Origin: Spirochaetia bacterium | GTDB lineage: Bacteria; Spirochaetota; Spirochaetia; SZUA-6; Bin103 | Length of the DNA: 64,000 nucleotides | Reading direction: 5' to 3' | Assembly: GCA_965208575.1 (NCBI GenBank) | Contig: CBDBOV010000006.1 | Span: forward strand, 544,001 to 608,000 | In this document: positions 37,288 through 47,799 of the stretch, piece after piece | Position numbering within the stretch: the first letter of the stretch is position 1 | Layout: every line of letters starts with the position of its first letter | Made by a program: the position numbers and the translations under genes | The notes under the pieces: model-generated | What the model was told of the DNA's origin: nothing | Database searches by the model: none | The model's input: the letters and a program-made list of their open reading frames with translations, nothing else

Positions 37288-39006
37288 CTACCTGAGCGCC
37301 GGGTGGCTGATCTGTAAGGTCTGCCCGGCGGCGACGTCAGCCAGCAGGGTGCGCTGGCCGTCCGGCCACTCGACCTCGACGTCGCACACCGTGGCCGATC
37401 CCAGACCAAACACCTGCTCGAGAGGATTCTGCGAGAGGTAGTTGCTGCCGAGCGTCAGCTCGCGCATAGCGGTCAAGGTGCGCCCGGCGTGCGAGGCGCG
37501 GAGGGTAATGCGCGCGCCGACTGCCTGGGTATTCGGCGGCAGACCCCTTAGCCGCACGCGCAGGTACTGCGAGTCGGCGGTCTGGTTCTCCCAGAGCGTG
37601 GCACCCGAGTGCAGCAGCAGGATGTCGACGTCGCCGTCGTTGTCGAAGTCGGCGCACACCGCGGCACGGCCGAGCTCGGCGTCGTCGAGGCCCAGCAGCG
37701 CGGCGCGGTCGACGAAGGTGCCGTCCCCGGCGTTGACGAAGGCGCGCGATCGGTCGGCGGTGTAGTCGGCCTCGACGGTGCTGCCGAGGCCGACCCAGCC
37801 GTTGGTGTGGTAGATGTCGAGGTCGCCGTCGTTTTCGAAGTCGATGGCGCACGCCGCCCAGCCCCAGCCGCCGTCGACCACGCCGGCCTGGTCGGTGGCG
37901 TCGACGAAGGTGCCGCCGTCGTTGCGGTAGAGCCGGTTGCCACGAAACGGGTCGGGGGTCTCCCCCTCCCCGCCGTAGTAGACGCTGCTGACGAACCAGT
38001 CGAGGTCGCCGTCGCCGTCGAAGTCGGCCACCGCCGAGCCCATGCCGTGATCGTCGATCATCACCCCGGTATCGGTGACGTTGCGAAAGGTGCCGTCGCC
38101 GTTGTTGCGGAACGCCTGCGAGCGATTGAAGTCGGCCACGAACAGCAGGTCCGGGTAGCGGTCGGCGTCGATGCGGGCGAACGTCGGGGTGAACGTCCAG
38201 TCGCGTTCGCGCGACTGGTGGCCCTCGGCGAACGGCTCCTCCGGATCGGGTAGCGTCAGGATGGAGGGGGAGATGCCGGCAGCGACGCTTACCTTAGTGA
38301 AGCGAATGCGCTCCGCGCTGCTGTCGTTGCGCCACAGGTGCTCGGTGTCGGGCGGCTGGTCGGGGTCGCGGCGCACGGCCGGGCCGTAGGCGACGCCAGC
38401 CCCGCGCCAGGTGCCCCAGTGCGCCAGGGCCATGTCGAGGTCGCCGTCCAGGTCGTAGTCGCCGAACGCGGCCGAGAAGGTCTGCTCGGCATTCATCGTG
38501 TCGAGGCCGGAACGAGCGGTGACGTCGTCGAAGGTGCCGTCGCCGTTGTTGCGGAACAGCAGCGACGGATCGCCGTGCAGCCCGCCGAGGAACAGGTCGA
38601 GGTGGCCGTCGCCGTCCAGGTCGGCGAACGTGGCCCCGGCGTGCCGGTAGTTGAGGCCCGACGCGCGGGTGTAGGCCAAGCCGGCGGCGGCCGCCACCTC
38701 GGTGAAACGGAGCCGGCCGTCGTTGCGGTACAGCAGGTTGGGGCCGATGTCGCCGCGGACGATGAACAGGTCGATGTCGCCGTCGCCGTCGTAGTCGCCG
38801 GCTGCCGCGCTGCTCCTGGCCATCAGGCCGACGAAGGCGAACCCCTCGACATCGAGGAACCCGCTCTCGAAGTCGATGCCGGAGCGGCGGGTGACGTCGC
38901 GGAACAGGGGGTCACCGGCGGCGATCGGGTCGGCGGGGGTCGCGGACGAACCCAGCGCGAGCGCGGCGATGAAGGCAACTGCGCCGAGCCGCCGAACGCG
39001 GCTCAT
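37288..39006 (-). CDS. Secreted FG-GAP/VCBS-repeat protein with ASPIC/UnbV C-terminus (CRTAC1 family)
   Basis: Signal peptide, repeated DxDxDGDxD and LxRNxGDGTF, NTQAVGARI, YLSQN..QVFGLG, VEWPDG; ATG overlaps permease stop. Confidence 0.92.
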   Translation of the reverse strand: MSRVRRLGAVAFIAALALGSSATPADPIAAGDPLFRDVTRRSGIDFESGFLDVEGFAFVGLMARSSAAAGDYDGDGDIDLFIVRGDIGPNLLYRNDGRLRFTEVAAAAGLAYTRASGLNYRHAGATFADLDGDGHLDLFLGGLHGDPSLLFRNNGDGTFDDVTARSGLDTMNAEQTFSAAFGDYDLDGDLDMALAHWGTWRGAGVAYGPAVRRDPDQPPDTEHLWRNDSSAERIRFTKVSVAAGISPSILTLPDPEEPFAEGHQSRERDWTFTPTFARIDADRYPDLLFVADFNRSQAFRNNGDGTFRNVTDTGVMIDDHGMGSAVADFDGDGDLDWFVSSVYYGGEGETPDPFRGNRLYRNDGGTFVDATDQAGVVDGGWGWAACAIDFENDGDLDIYHTNGWVGLGSTVEADYTADRSRAFVNAGDGTFVDRAALLGLDDAELGRAAVCADFDNDGDVDILLLHSGATLWENQTADSQYLRVRLRGLPPNTQAVGARITLRASHAGRTLTAMRELTLGSNYLSQNPLEQVFGLGSATVCDVEVEWPDGQRTLLADVAAGQTLQISHPALR

Positions 39007-39983
39007 TTGTCGGCAGCCGCGTGTCCTGCCGTCCGTGGTCTGCGGTCGCCCACGTCGTAGCGGCCGGTGCCGCCGCGCAGCCGCGGATCGAGCAGGTCCC
39101 GCACCGCGTCGCCGAAGTTGTTCAGGCAGTAGACCGTGATGGTGAGCGCCAGCCCCGGCCACAGCGCCAGGTGCGGCGCCTGTTCCATGTAGCGGCGCCC
39201 CTCGCGACTCAGCAGGCCGCCCCAGCTCGGAATCTCGATCGGCAGGCCGAAGCCCAGGAAGCTCAAGCTGGCCTCGCTGATGATGACGCCGCCGATGTTG
39301 ATGCTGAAGATGACCACCAGCACCGGCGCGATGTTCGGAATCACGTGGCGCAGAATCGTCCTGCCGGTTCGGCTGCCGACCGTCTGCGCCGCCTGGAAGT
39401 ACATGTTCTCGCGCACGCCGATGACCGCGCCGCGCACCACCCGCGAGCCGACGATGCCGCCCGACACGCCGAGGGTGATGATGATCTGCGGCAGGCCGCG
39501 GCCGACGATCGACATGATCGTCAGCAGCAGCAGCAGCCCCGGGAAGGCCATCCAGGCATCGACGAAGCGCTGGGTAACCAGGTCGAGCCGGCCGCCGACA
39601 AACCCCGACACCCCGCCGATCAGCAGGGCGACAACGACATTGAGGGCGGTCGCCGCGAGACCTACAGCTAACGAAAGCCGCGCGCCGTAGATGATCCGCG
39701 TCAGCAGGTCGCGGCCCAGGTGGTCGGTGCCCAGCAGGTGCGCCGCCGAGGCGCCCTGCAGGCGGTCCTTGGCGTTGACCTCGAGGATGTCGTACGGCGC
39801 CAGGGTCTCGGCGAAGATGCTGACGAAGATGAGGAGCACGACCACCGCCGCGCTCGCCGCGCCGAGCGGCTTCTCTCTGACCAGCCGCGTCAGGAACCCG
39901 CGCGCCGCCCGCCCGCCCCGCGACCGCGCGTCCGCCGCGCGCCGAAAGAGACTGGCCGGCCTGGTGCGCCCGGCGTCACTCAT
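39003..39983 (-). CDS. Peptide/nickel ABC permease (DppC/OppC-like), copy B
   Basis: Three residues differ from copy A. Confidence 0.93.
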   Translation of the reverse strand: MSDAGRTRPASLFRRAADARSRGGRAARGFLTRLVREKPLGAASAAVVVLLIFVSIFAETLAPYDILEVNAKDRLQGASAAHLLGTDHLGRDLLTRIIYGARLSLAVGLAATALNVVVALLIGGVSGFVGGRLDLVTQRFVDAWMAFPGLLLLLTIMSIVGRGLPQIIITLGVSGGIVGSRVVRGAVIGVRENMYFQAAQTVGSRTGRTILRHVIPNIAPVLVVIFSINIGGVIISEASLSFLGFGLPIEIPSWGGLLSREGRRYMEQAPHLALWPGLALTITVYCLNNFGDAVRDLLDPRLRGGTGRYDVGDRRPRTAGHAAADK

Positions 39984-39995
39984 GCCGCGCCCCCA

Positions 39996-40952
39996 CTACT
40001 GGTACCGCACCCGCGGGTCCAGGGATACGTAGAGCAGATCGATGAGCAGGTTGATCACCAGCACGCCGGTGCCGAAGAACAGGTTCACCCCGGAAACGAC
40101 CGGGTAGTCGCGATCCTGCAGCGCCACCAGCATCATCTGACCCATGCCGGGCAGGTTGAAGATGTTCTCGATGATCACCGACCCGCCGACCAGCAGCGGC
40201 ACCGCCAGGCCGATGGCCGACAGCACCGGGATCATCGCGTTCTTGATGGCGTGCCGAAGCACGACCATCCGCTCGCGCAGCCCCTTGGCCCACGCCGTGC
40301 GCACGTAGTCCTGGCGCAGCACCTCGAGCATCATCGTGCGGGTAATCCGCATCGTGCCGGCCGAGAGGGCGGTGCCGAGGATGATGCTGGGGATGATGAA
40401 GACGCCCAGGCTCTCCCACGGATCGTCGAGGAACCGCACCATGATGATGGGCGGTGACCAGTCCCACAAGAGGGCGGGATAGATGATCACCATCAGCGCC
40501 AGCCAGAAGTTGGGCGTGGCCAGCCCCAGCACCGCGACCGTTCTGCCTACGTAGTCCCCGGCCGTGTCCTGACGAATGGCGGAGAAGATGCCGACCGGCA
40601 GGGCAATGACCATGGCGATGACGAGCGCCATCAGCCCCAGTTGAAAGGTGGGTCCGACGCGCAGCCAGATCTTGGCTTCGACGGTGTCCTTGCCGAGCAG
40701 CGAATCGCCCAGCGTGCCGCGCACCAGGATGTCGCCGACCCAGCGCACGTACTGGACGTGGATCGGTGCATCGAGCCCAAGAATGCGCTCCAACTGCTCG
40801 CGGTCCAGCGGCGCGGCCAGGTAGTCCATCCGGCTCTCCAGCGCGTCGATGATGTCGCCGGGAATGAAGCGGACCGAGAGAAAAACCAGCGCGCTCAGGA
40901 TCAGCAGCGTCGGCACCATGAGCAGGATTCTCCTGATCACATAGGCTCGCAA
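39996..40952 (-). CDS. Peptide/nickel ABC permease (DppB/OppB-like), copy B
   Basis: One residue differs from copy A (DVP/DAP). Confidence 0.93.
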   Translation of the reverse strand: MRAYVIRRILLMVPTLLILSALVFLSVRFIPGDIIDALESRMDYLAAPLDREQLERILGLDAPIHVQYVRWVGDILVRGTLGDSLLGKDTVEAKIWLRVGPTFQLGLMALVIAMVIALPVGIFSAIRQDTAGDYVGRTVAVLGLATPNFWLALMVIIYPALLWDWSPPIIMVRFLDDPWESLGVFIIPSIILGTALSAGTMRITRTMMLEVLRQDYVRTAWAKGLRERMVVLRHAIKNAMIPVLSAIGLAVPLLVGGSVIIENIFNLPGMGQMMLVALQDRDYPVVSGVNLFFGTGVLVINLLIDLLYVSLDPRVRYQ

Positions 40953-41023
40953 GTCGGTCTCCTCCGCTGATGGGAGTGGGGTGGCAGCCGATCTGCCACC
41001 CCACCGTCACTCACGGCTTGGTC

Positions 41024-42817
41024 TCAGTTGTACTGGTCGTAGAGCTGCTCGTCGATCCAGAGCCGAGCGAAGATCACCGGCCCCCAATCCATGAAGCCGA
41101 GGCGCAGCTCGCCGTTGTAGCCGACGATCCACGGCTGCATGACGAAATACTGCGGAACGCGCGGCGACCACAGGTACCAGTGCAGCTCGGTAAGGCGCAG
41201 GTCCGCTTCTTTCGCCAACCGGGTGTATTCGGCCTGGTCGGTCGTCTCCGCGGCGGCGTCGATCAGTGCGCTCAGCTCCGGGTCGTCCCCCTTGGGAATG
41301 TTCCAGGCCGCGCCCGGGTAGCCGACGGCGCGGAGCGTGACCGCCGGGTCGCCGGTAGTGCCGCCGGACTCGCGGCTGGTCATCCCCTCCGCCGCGCCGC
41401 TCTGCGCGAACGCGACGTAGGTCGCGCCATCCATGGGATTGATCTCGACGTTGACGCCGATGTCGCGCCAGTAGGCGGCCTGCAGCTCGAAGAAGCCGAG
41501 GTCGCGGCCCTCCCACACGTCGAAGGGGACCGTCAAGCGGGTGCCGTCGGCGCCGCGTGGATAGCCGGCCTCGTCCAGCAGTCGCTCGGCGCCCGCCGGG
41601 TCGTAGCTGTAGTAGCCCTGCAGCTCGGCCGGCCACTCCTCGAACGGGGTGTGGTAGACACCGGAGTAGAGGCCGATCATTCCCTCCGGCTTCCACTCCG
41701 CGCGCCCCTTGAAGTAGTCGTCGTTCATGGTCTCGAGGTCGAGGGCCATCTGCATCGCGCGGCGCACCCGGATGTCGCTGAACGGCTCCTTGGTGACGGC
41801 GAAGCCGGCGACCGTCTCGGCGCGGAACAGGCGCGTGTGATACTGCAGCTCGGGATTGCTGGCCTGCAGGCTGTCGATGTCGTCGATCGAGCTGATCTGC
41901 GTGGTGCCCACATTGCCTAGGAAGTCGATCTGGCGCGTGCGCACCGCCGCCAAGTGAGCGGCCGGCTCCAACATCCGCACCGCCTGGACGCTGTCGAGGT
42001 AGGGCAGTCGGTTCTCGGGGAACTTCTCGTCGAAACCCCAGTAATCGTCGACCCGTTCCCAGGTCATGGTGCTGTCCTCCACCCAGTCGACCAGCTGGAA
42101 CGGCCCGGTGCCGACGTTGTTGCGATAGTCCTACACGTCACCGTGTTGCTGGACGACCTCGGGGGCGATGATCGAGGTGTTGCGTAGCGTTTGAATGAGC
42201 TCGAGCAGCGGCTCGCGCACCGGGCGGGTGAACTTGAACTCCACCCTCCGGTCGTCGAGGGCGGTTACCGGGCCGAACTGTCCGGCCGTGGCCTGGGCCG
42301 GCGATGGCTCGGTAAAGCCGCTGCCGTTGCCGAGAATCCGGTGGTAGGTGAACTCGACGTCCCTGGCGGTCAGCTTGCGGCCGTTGACCGGCGCCTTGTC
42401 GTGCCAGAACACGTCGTCGCGCAGCGTGAAGACCATGGTCAGCTCGTCGGGCATCTCCCAGCTCTCGGCCAGCCAACCCTTGTAGGCCGACAATGGCACC
42501 ACGTCGCTGCGGTAGTTGGTGACGCTGCGGTCGAGCGCCCAGTCGCCGATGGCGAGCTTCTCGTTGACGCCGCTCATCGCCGGGTTGGCGTGGTGGGTGA
42601 ACCACGGGTCCGAGCTCGGTGGGAAATCCCTCGCTGCATAGCTGATCGACCCGCCGTAGCGCGGCGCCAGGACCATCTCACCGGTCGCGGGGTCGCGCAC
42701 CATCTGGCGCTCTTCGGTCGCGGCTGCCGACTCCTCTTCCCCACCGGCCCACAGGCCGGTTGCGGTCAGAACCAGGACCACCGCAATCGCGAAGGTCCTT
42801 GAGAACAGTATCTTCAT
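41024..42817 (-). pseudogene. Family 5 ABC substrate-binding protein, copy B, with in-frame TAG
   Basis: TAG at 42131-42133 where copy A has CAG; same frame continues to 41024. Confidence 0.9.
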
Positions 42818-43036
42818 CGTTCCTTCCTTGAATGTTATTTCGAGAGTATTGCGTAGCGGATTGCCGCCTCCCTGGCTGCTCTCGGGCCCGCAACGCGGAC
42901 GGCCAGTCTGAGTCAGATGGGTGACGCGCGCGACGTATGACTCACCGGGTGTACCCCGGCTCACGCCGCGCGCCCGCGTGGTTCTTTCAGTACCATCTTC
43001 ACCTGCTTCTTGGGGCACAGGCGACGCAAGCTTGCT

Positions 43037-43813
43037 ATGGACGCGACCACCCCGTCAACGACTCGGAGGCGACCGACACCCTGGCCGCCAGCAGGTCAAC
43101 GGTTTCGCCCCTACGAGCCGATGTTCTTCATCTCCGGCGACACCCTGTGGGAGTCGGACGAGGAGCCGCGCTACTACCTGCGCGCCCTGGAGCTGATCCG
43201 CGCGGGGTGCCCGGACGCACTGATCTCCATGCACCTGACCCCGCAAGCCGACTTGTCGGATCAGTTCGCGGATGCGGTCGACTTCTACACCAAGGCGGAG
43301 CCGTCCGACTTCCGCCTTGGCGAACTGGACGTGCGCAGCGTGTTCCTCAGCGTGGACGCCATGGACCTGGGAAACGCGCGCGGCGCTGCGCAGGCGCCGG
43401 TGCGCTGGTGGCCGTCGGTGCGCTGCCACAACGCCCAGGACGGCAAGCTGATCCAGCGCTGGCAGGCCAACTTCAGCGGCTCCAAGGGCACCAAGGACGG
43501 CCCGTTCACGGACCTGGAGGACGGCTACCAGGAACTGGGCTTCAACCGCTCGCCCACCAAGTACCAGTGGCACTACCTGCGCTTCACCTTCGACACCGCC
43601 CGCCACGAGTACGTCGACCTGCACTGCCACGGCCAGGAGTTCGACGTCGCCGGGCGCCGGCACGTGTTCGACCCGCCGCTGACCGGCTTTCGCGCTTCCA
43701 CCGACCGTTGCGCCGGCCTGCTGAACTTCGGCATCGGCATCGCAACCAACAGCGACAAGCGCTGCTTCCTCTACCTCGACTCCATCGTCGTGTCGGTGGA
43801 GCCCGCGGGGTAG
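43037..43813 (+). CDS. Probable chimeric ORF: glycoside-hydrolase-like (DUF4038-like) fragment fused to a DUF6772-like C-terminus
   Basis: PMFFISGDT...LISMH...DAVDFY followed by [18 protein letters not shown]; family names from motif recollection. Confidence 0.45.
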   Translation: MDATTPSTTRRRPTPWPPAGQRFRPYEPMFFISGDTLWESDEEPRYYLRALELIRAGCPDALISMHLTPQADLSDQFADAVDFYTKAEPSDFRLGELDVRSVFLSVDAMDLGNARGAAQAPVRWWPSVRCHNAQDGKLIQRWQANFSGSKGTKDGPFTDLEDGYQELGFNRSPTKYQWHYLRFTFDTARHEYVDLHCHGQEFDVAGRRHVFDPPLTGFRASTDRCAGLLNFGIGIATNSDKRCFLYLDSIVVSVEPAG

Positions 43814-43959
43814 ACCGGGACGCCATGGAGCATCGGCGTACGCCTGGGACTGCACTCGGTCTCAAACGGTCGTAGCGTGTCCGGTCCGACTTGCTGCGCT
43901 ATGGATTCCGGGCGGACTCGCCCAGTGCCAATCGGGCTGGTGGACCGTGCCGGGCAGGA

Positions 43960-44175
43960 AGTTGGCCGCGCACGCCGGAACTGCCGGTAGCTCTCGCTCG
44001 ACCCGTAGCGCTCGATCCACGGATGCTCGTCCAGCGGCACGCCCCCGGCGGTGGCCTGGCCGCCGATCCAGCCGGTCTCCTCCGTCAGCACCACCCGCCG
44101 CCCGGCACGCGCAGCCGCCAGCGCCGCCGACACTCCGCCGAAGCTGGCCCCGACGATCAGGATCTCATGCCACGA
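43960..44175 (-). pseudogene. FAD-dependent oxidoreductase (FAD_oxidored) 5' fragment
   Basis: [39 protein letters not shown]...DEHPWIE, then similarity lost. Confidence 0.8.
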
Positions 44176-44277
44176 TCAATACCATCGAAGTTGCCATCTG
44201 TACAAGCCGCGGTCACCCAAGGCGACGGTTCGCGGTGTTGCCGACGATGGTACGATGCGGCGCAGGGAGGTGTCCGC

Positions 44278-45573
44278 ATGCCCAACCTGGTGTTCATCAT
44301 GTCCGACCAGGCGCGCAAGGACGTGGTGTTTCACGACAAGTACCCGTTCGTGCGCACCCCGAACATCGACGCGCTGCGCGCCGAGGCGGTGTCGTTTCAC
44401 CACTGCTTCGCCAACTACCCGGTGTGCGTACCGTCGCGCGCCTCGGTGATCACCGGCCGCTATCCGCACCAGATCGGCGTGCTGCACAATAGCCACCGCC
44501 TGCCGGCCGGCGAGCGCGACCTCGGCCACCACCTGTCAGCGCACGGCTACGACTGCGTGTCGTTCGGCAAGACCCACAACACCAACCACGGGTTCCGCTC
44601 GGTCACCTACGACAAGGACGCCACCATGGGGTTCGAGAACCACGGCTACCTCGAGGACGCCGGCCTGATCACAGGCGTGTTCGACGGGCCGACTGACGAT
44701 TACTGCGACTTCGTGGCCTGCCGGCAGTTCGACGACTACCTGCGCACCCGCGCCGGCGGCGGGCCGTTCGCGGCGTTCGTGGGCATCTATGCGCCGCACC
44801 CGCCGCTGTACCCGCCGCGCGAGTACGCCGGCCTCTACCCCGCCGACGAAATCGTGCTGCCGCCGCGGCCGAGCGCGCCGGACAACGCCGCCCGGCCCGC
44901 GATCCAGGCGGCGCCGCGGCGGCGCTGGAACGCCTACCCCGACGCGACCCGGCGCGAGGTGATCGCGACCTACTTGGCGCTGATCACCCTCCTCGACGAT
45001 TGCGTGGGACGCATCCTGGCCTCGCTGCGCGCCGCCGGCACGCTCGACGACACCGTGGTAGTGCTGGTTTCCGATCACGGCGACCAGCTCGGCGAGCACG
45101 GCATGGCGGGCAAGATGGGCAACCTCTACGAGGGGTCGATCCGGGTGCCGCTGGTGATCCGCCTGCCGGGCGCGGCGCACGCCGGCGCGGAGCGCGCGCA
45201 GTTGGCGGAGATGGTGGACCTGTTGCCGACCATCTGCGACCTCCTGGGGGAGCCCTGCCCCGGCGGCAGGCAGGCCCCGGCGGGCCGCAGCTTGGCGCCG
45301 GTGATCGCCGACCCGCGAACCGAGCACCGCCGCGTGGTGCACGCGATGCTGTGCGAAGGCCAGATGGCCCGCAGCCGCGACCTGAAGCTCAACTTCTACC
45401 CCGACGACCGGTGCGAACTCTACGACCTCGCCGCCGACCCCGGCGAAACCGTCAACCGCTACGACGACCCCGCCTACCGCGACCGCCGGCAGGAACTGCT
45501 GGAAGAGATCACCCGCTTCCTGATCCGCCACCCGCGCACCCCCGACCGCGCCGCCAACCCATTCTTCGGCTGA
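44278..45573 (+). CDS. Cys-type sulfatase (choline-sulfatase-like)
   Basis: SDQ, CVPSR formylglycine motif, GKTH, PHPP, SDHG, ELYDLAADPGE; GGAGGT RBS. Confidence 0.93.
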   Translation: MPNLVFIMSDQARKDVVFHDKYPFVRTPNIDALRAEAVSFHHCFANYPVCVPSRASVITGRYPHQIGVLHNSHRLPAGERDLGHHLSAHGYDCVSFGKTHNTNHGFRSVTYDKDATMGFENHGYLEDAGLITGVFDGPTDDYCDFVACRQFDDYLRTRAGGGPFAAFVGIYAPHPPLYPPREYAGLYPADEIVLPPRPSAPDNAARPAIQAAPRRRWNAYPDATRREVIATYLALITLLDDCVGRILASLRAAGTLDDTVVVLVSDHGDQLGEHGMAGKMGNLYEGSIRVPLVIRLPGAAHAGAERAQLAEMVDLLPTICDLLGEPCPGGRQAPAGRSLAPVIADPRTEHRRVVHAMLCEGQMARSRDLKLNFYPDDRCELYDLAADPGETVNRYDDPAYRDRRQELLEEITRFLIRHPRTPDRAANPFFG

Positions 45574-45699
45574 ACCGCCGGGTGGTCGCAAAGGGTGCGG
45601 AAGTCGCCCCAGTAGTAGTCAGAGGTCTTGCCGACGATTTCGCCCACGCCGTAGCTGACGTTGCCGCGCAGCGGCCGGTGGTGGCCCTGCACCAGCGAA

Positions 45700-46150
45700 C
45701 GGTTGTGCAGCACCACCTCGGTGATGCGCCCACGATCGGTGGCCGCGCCCACCACGTCGGTGCACAATTAGCAGTTCCTCGCCGGCGGCACGCGCCAGCC
45801 GCTGCAGCACCAGCGGCAGGAGCGTGTGGTCGTTGGCGTGATTCTCCCGCTCGAGGGCGGCCCTCCGCCTTACCTGCCAGCCGGCCCGCTCGCCGATGGC
45901 ACCCGCCGATGCCATCTCCTCCAGCACGTCGTCGAACGCGCGGCCGTTGCCGATGGGAGCGCCGAAACCGTAGCAGAAGTTGCCCACGCCGCCGGCGGTG
46001 CCCATGCCGCCAAGCTGCGCCTGACGCTCGACCAGCAGCGTCCTCAGCCCGGCGCGCCCGGCGGCGCAGGCGGCGCCGAACCCCGCCATGCCGCCGCCGG
46101 CCACCACCAGGTCGAACTCTCCCACCACCGGCACCTCGCGCCGGAATCGG
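45700..46150 (-). pseudogene. Second FAD-dependent oxidoreductase 5' fragment
   Basis: [29 protein letters not shown]...[10 protein letters not shown]; frame breaks near 45770. Confidence 0.8.
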
Positions 46151-46312
46151 TTCGTCTGCCCTCCCCCGGCCCGGCCGCGCCCCGGAACCCATCATCCGCC
46201 GCCGCCGTTGCCGTGCAGCCCGTCGTAGGGGACGCGCAGCACCTTGACGGAACGGGAGCCGGTGAGGAAGCGGGTACCTGCGGCCACCGGCGTCACGAAG
46301 TAGGGTGACCAG

Positions 46313-46669
46313 CGAGGCGGTGTCGTTCCGGCGACGACATCGCGCTGCCGGCGGCAGGCAGGCACCGGCGGGCGGCAGCTTGGCGCTGGTGATCGCCGAC
46401 CCGCAGGCCGAGCACCGCCGCATCGCGCACAAGATGCTGCGGGAAGGCCAGATGGCCCGCAGCCGCGACCTGAAGCTCAATTTCTACGCCGACGACCGGT
46501 GCAAACTCCACGACCTGGCCGCCGACCCCGGCGAGACGGTCAACCGCTACGACGACCTCGCCTACCGCGACCGCCGGCAGGAACTGTTGGAAGATATCAC
46601 CCGCTTCCTGATCCGCCACCTGCGCATCCCCGACCGCGGCGACACCGTTCTTCGGCTGAACCGCCGGGC
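46313..46669 (+). pseudogene. Sulfatase remnant: two short internal pieces spliced onto the 3' end
   Basis: GAGGCGGTGTCGTT (cf. 44383), CGACGACATCGCGCTGCCG (cf. 44843), then similarity to 45261-45582. Confidence 0.85.
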
Positions 46670-46902
46670 GATTGCGAGAGGCGTGGGCCGTTCGCCGCGC
46701 CTCGGCCGAATTGAATGCGGGGAACCGCCGCCGGCGCCCACTGCACCGAGGCGGACGGACGCCCCGAATCGTTCGTGCCATGCGCCGGGCCGCGGCCACC
46801 ACACCGTTCATGCGCTCACCAAGTCACCAAAGAAGGAAGAGTGGCTGTTTGATCTGGCCAGCATGTCGCGCATCCTTCGCTCCGAGTGTGAGCGGACTCA
46901 TC

Positions 46903-47796
46903 TCAACGACGAATGTCGAGTTCGCGCACAGGTACGAACGCCACGCCAGTTTCCGCTACTTGCCTGACTTTCAGTCGGATGACTTCAGCCAGATCCAGCC
47001 GACCGGATAAGACCTCATAAAGATCGAGTCCATCCATGCAAACGACACTCTTGCCGCGTCCAAACGCGTGTAGTCCCTCCGATGTGAATCCGCTCTGGCT
47101 GATGATCAGGCCGCGGGACCAGCTCGCCTTATCCTCAACCTTGGCGTTGAAGGCACGAAGTGTCTCCGCGTCGACCTTCGCATTCCTCCATCTGGCCTCA
47201 AGCAAATAGGTCTGTTCGCCGAGCATGAAACTGCCGTCGATCTGTTCGCCGGTGAGACGGAAGGAGGCGCGGGCTGACACCCCATAGGCGTCGAACGCGT
47301 CCTTCAGGAACTTCTCGAAAGCGTAGCCACGCGCTTGCGGGTCCATGTTGGAGACTTCGACCAACCGAGTGGCGAGCGCAGACGATGCGGCCGTATCGAC
47401 ACGCTGTTCCTGATCCACACCGTCGGACATGGTGGGCTTTGACGGCTTGCCTTCAATCCGCTTGACGATTTGAAAGTAGGCCACGCGCACCGAGTCATCG
47501 AGTGCCGGATAGCCGGCGGTGATGCTACTCGCCTCGCGGTATTCCCACAGGGCATTCAGCGTGGCGAGTGCTGTCTTGCGGTCTGCTTGGCGCAGGTAGT
47601 AGCGAAGGCGCTTCGCCTTGCTGCCGCCCTGAGCCGCCCAACGAGGATTGTCGATGTCCACGTCGAGTTCGTCATGAAAGAACCCTGCGAAGGTCCGATT
47701 TGAGAAATCGAGCACATAGCCGCTTTCCATCCCGAATACCCTGTCGATGATCGGCATGTCCATGGAGCGAATCATGACACTTGACGATGCGGTCAC
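46903..47796 (-). CDS. Restriction-endonuclease-like (Mrr-type PD-(D/E)XK) protein with Abi-type N-terminal domain
   Basis: GYVLDFSNRTF...GGSKAKRLRY N-terminus; RGYAFE, EQIDG...LLEARW, SQSGFT C-terminus. Confidence 0.8.
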   Translation of the reverse strand: MTASSSVMIRSMDMPIIDRVFGMESGYVLDFSNRTFAGFFHDELDVDIDNPRWAAQGGSKAKRLRYYLRQADRKTALATLNALWEYREASSITAGYPALDDSVRVAYFQIVKRIEGKPSKPTMSDGVDQEQRVDTAASSALATRLVEVSNMDPQARGYAFEKFLKDAFDAYGVSARASFRLTGEQIDGSFMLGEQTYLLEARWRNAKVDAETLRAFNAKVEDKASWSRGLIISQSGFTSEGLHAFGRGKSVVCMDGLDLYEVLSGRLDLAEVIRLKVRQVAETGVAFVPVRELDIRR

Positions 47797-47799
47797 AAC

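Larger units (their letters stand above)
38940..42855. repeat. Copy B of the ~3.9-kb direct duplication
   Basis: Colinear with 29867-33776. Confidence 0.95.

Noticed and set aside
37288-39006. Enediyne biosynthetic cluster suggested by the UnbV domain
   Set aside because: No PKS or other enediyne genes; ASPIC/UnbV proteins are widespread outside such clusters.
42131-42133. Amber read-through or recoding explaining in-frame TAGs (also 60522)
   Set aside because: TAG is the normal stop of many genes here, the paralogue has CAG (simple C to T), and no pyl genes or suppressor tRNA are visible.
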